A stretch of 64,000 bases of DNA, taken from assembly GCA_041912175.1 (NCBI GenBank), contig JAYRNN010000015.1, positions 4,043-68,042 on the forward strand, given 5' to 3'. Both the position numbers and the translations under genes were made by a program. The notes beneath the pieces are model-generated. The model was not told the origin of the DNA. It did not search any database and saw only the letters and a program-made list of their open reading frames with translations. Shown one piece after another: positions 63,219-64,000 of the stretch; position 1 is the stretch's first letter; each line of letters begins with the position of its first letter. The DNA is from Anaerolineales bacterium (GTDB taxonomy: Bacteria; Chloroflexota; Anaerolineae; Anaerolineales; UBA4823).

Positions 63219-64000
63219 ATGGCCGACTCATCGCACACGATTCTGATCGTCTCAGGCGGAGTTGGCGCCAGCGCTGAACAGCTCGTTCACACCGTGCTGG
63301 CCCAATTTCCCGATAGTTTGGTGCACGTTGTCACCGTCTCGAATGTGCGTTTCGCGAACCAGATTGACGAAGCCGTCAGCCAGGCGCAAACCTTGGGCGC
63401 AACCCTGGTGCACACCTTGGTAGACGTTGGGCTGCGTGACCGCCTGGTTGAACAGTCCAGGTTGCATCGCCTGATCGAGATCGATCTGATGGGCCCACTC
63501 ATCCAGCAATTGACCCAGGCTACCGGTCACGAGCCGATCAATCAACCTGGCCTGTATCGCAAGTTGAACAAGGCCTATTTCGAGCGGGTCGCTGCCATCG
63601 AATATACCATCCGTCACGACGATGGCCAGCATCCCGAAGGCTGGCCGCAGGCTGACGCGCTGCTGCTAGGCGTTTCGCGTTCGGGCAAAACCCCCTTGAG
63701 CCTGTATCTGTCTGTGTTGGGTTGGAAGGTGGCCAACCTGCCCCTGGTGCCTGGGCTGGATTTGGCGCCTGAGCTATACCAGATCGAGCGGCGGCGGGTG
63801 ATTGGTTTGAAAATCGAGGCCGGGCAACTCCTGGCTTTCCGACAACAACGACAGCAGCGCCTGGGCGTCTCTGGGCCGAGCGAATATACCAACCTTGAAA
63901 ATATCTATGCTGAGCTGGAGTATGTCGCCAAACTCTATCGCCAAAACGGTTTTAAGACGATCCAGGTGACTGATAAGCCGATCGAATCTACCGCCGATGA
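63219..64000 (+). CDS. Pyruvate, phosphate dikinase / PEP synthase regulatory protein (DUF299 kinase/pyrophosphorylase); C-terminus beyond the window
   Basis: Absent from the ORF track because it runs off the edge. Manual translation gives MADSSHTILIVSGGVGASAEQLVHTVLAQFP...IEYTIRHDDGQ...LLLGVSRSGKTPLSLYLS...VANLPLVPG, the family's P-loop and layout. Confidence 0.8.
   Translation, partial: MADSSHTILIVSGGVGASAEQLVHTVLAQFPDSLVHVVTVSNVRFANQIDEAVSQAQTLGATLVHTLVDVGLRDRLVEQSRLHRLIEIDLMGPLIQQLTQATGHEPINQPGLYRKLNKAYFERVAAIEYTIRHDDGQHPEGWPQADALLLGVSRSGKTPLSLYLSVLGWKVANLPLVPGLDLAPELYQIERRRVIGLKIEAGQLLAFRQQRQQRLGVSGPSEYTNLENIYAELEYVAKLYRQNGFKTIQVTDKPIESTAD

Overview
Gene-dense, GC-rich bacterial chromosomal segment with about 55 protein genes, one tRNA and one ribozyme. 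Most coding capacity lies on the minus strand in long co-directional arrays with very short or overlapping junctions. I saw no transposase, integrase, phage, CRISPR or rRNA content. The gene content (F420 biosynthesis, a glmS ribozyme, secreted RCC1/WD40 beta-propellers) would fit a Chloroflexota/Anaerolineae-like organism, but that is inference only.

Layout:
- 1-8.6 kb: M50 protease (runs off the edge), tRNA-Sec (selC), glnA, and a tRNA-modification cluster (yhhQ, queF, ttuA-like, ttuB-like).
- 8.7-22.8 kb: one minus-strand array holding xanthine-dehydrogenase-family modules (FAD::FeS fusion, XdhC chaperone, FeS::Mo fusion, separate FAD subunit). These are interleaved with a CBS-pyrophosphatase, an M16C peptidase, a hotdog thioesterase, an adenylate cyclase and a phosphorylase-like protein of unknown function.
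- 22.8-28.7 kb: glmS ribozyme plus glmS, a low-GC MNT/HEPN toxin-antitoxin islet, and proBA.
- 28.8-38.7 kb: envelope or secreted proteins (14-blade RCC1 protein, GT39-like transferase, M1 aminopeptidase, amber-interrupted FGE-sulfatase lipoprotein gene).
- 38.7-49.5 kb: a ten-gene minus-strand array in which late F420 biosynthesis genes (cofC, cofD, cofE, a pyrophosphatase-like::nitroreductase fusion, an F420:NADP oxidoreductase and an LLM oxidoreductase) run directly into an SsnA-type aminohydrolase and a second molybdenum hydroxylase.
- 49.7-64 kb: assorted accessory genes, including a 752-aa Cys/Trp-rich orphan protein.

I did not find a clear new defence-type system. The most promising under-described items are the F420/SsnA/Mo-hydroxylase super-array, the pyrophosphatase-like::FbiB-C fusion, the Cys/Trp-rich orphan and the phosphorylase-like protein bracketed by twin hairpins.

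Several starts were moved relative to the ORF track, which reports the longest ORF and includes TTG/GTG starts. All functional calls rest on motif recognition by eye; no database search was possible.
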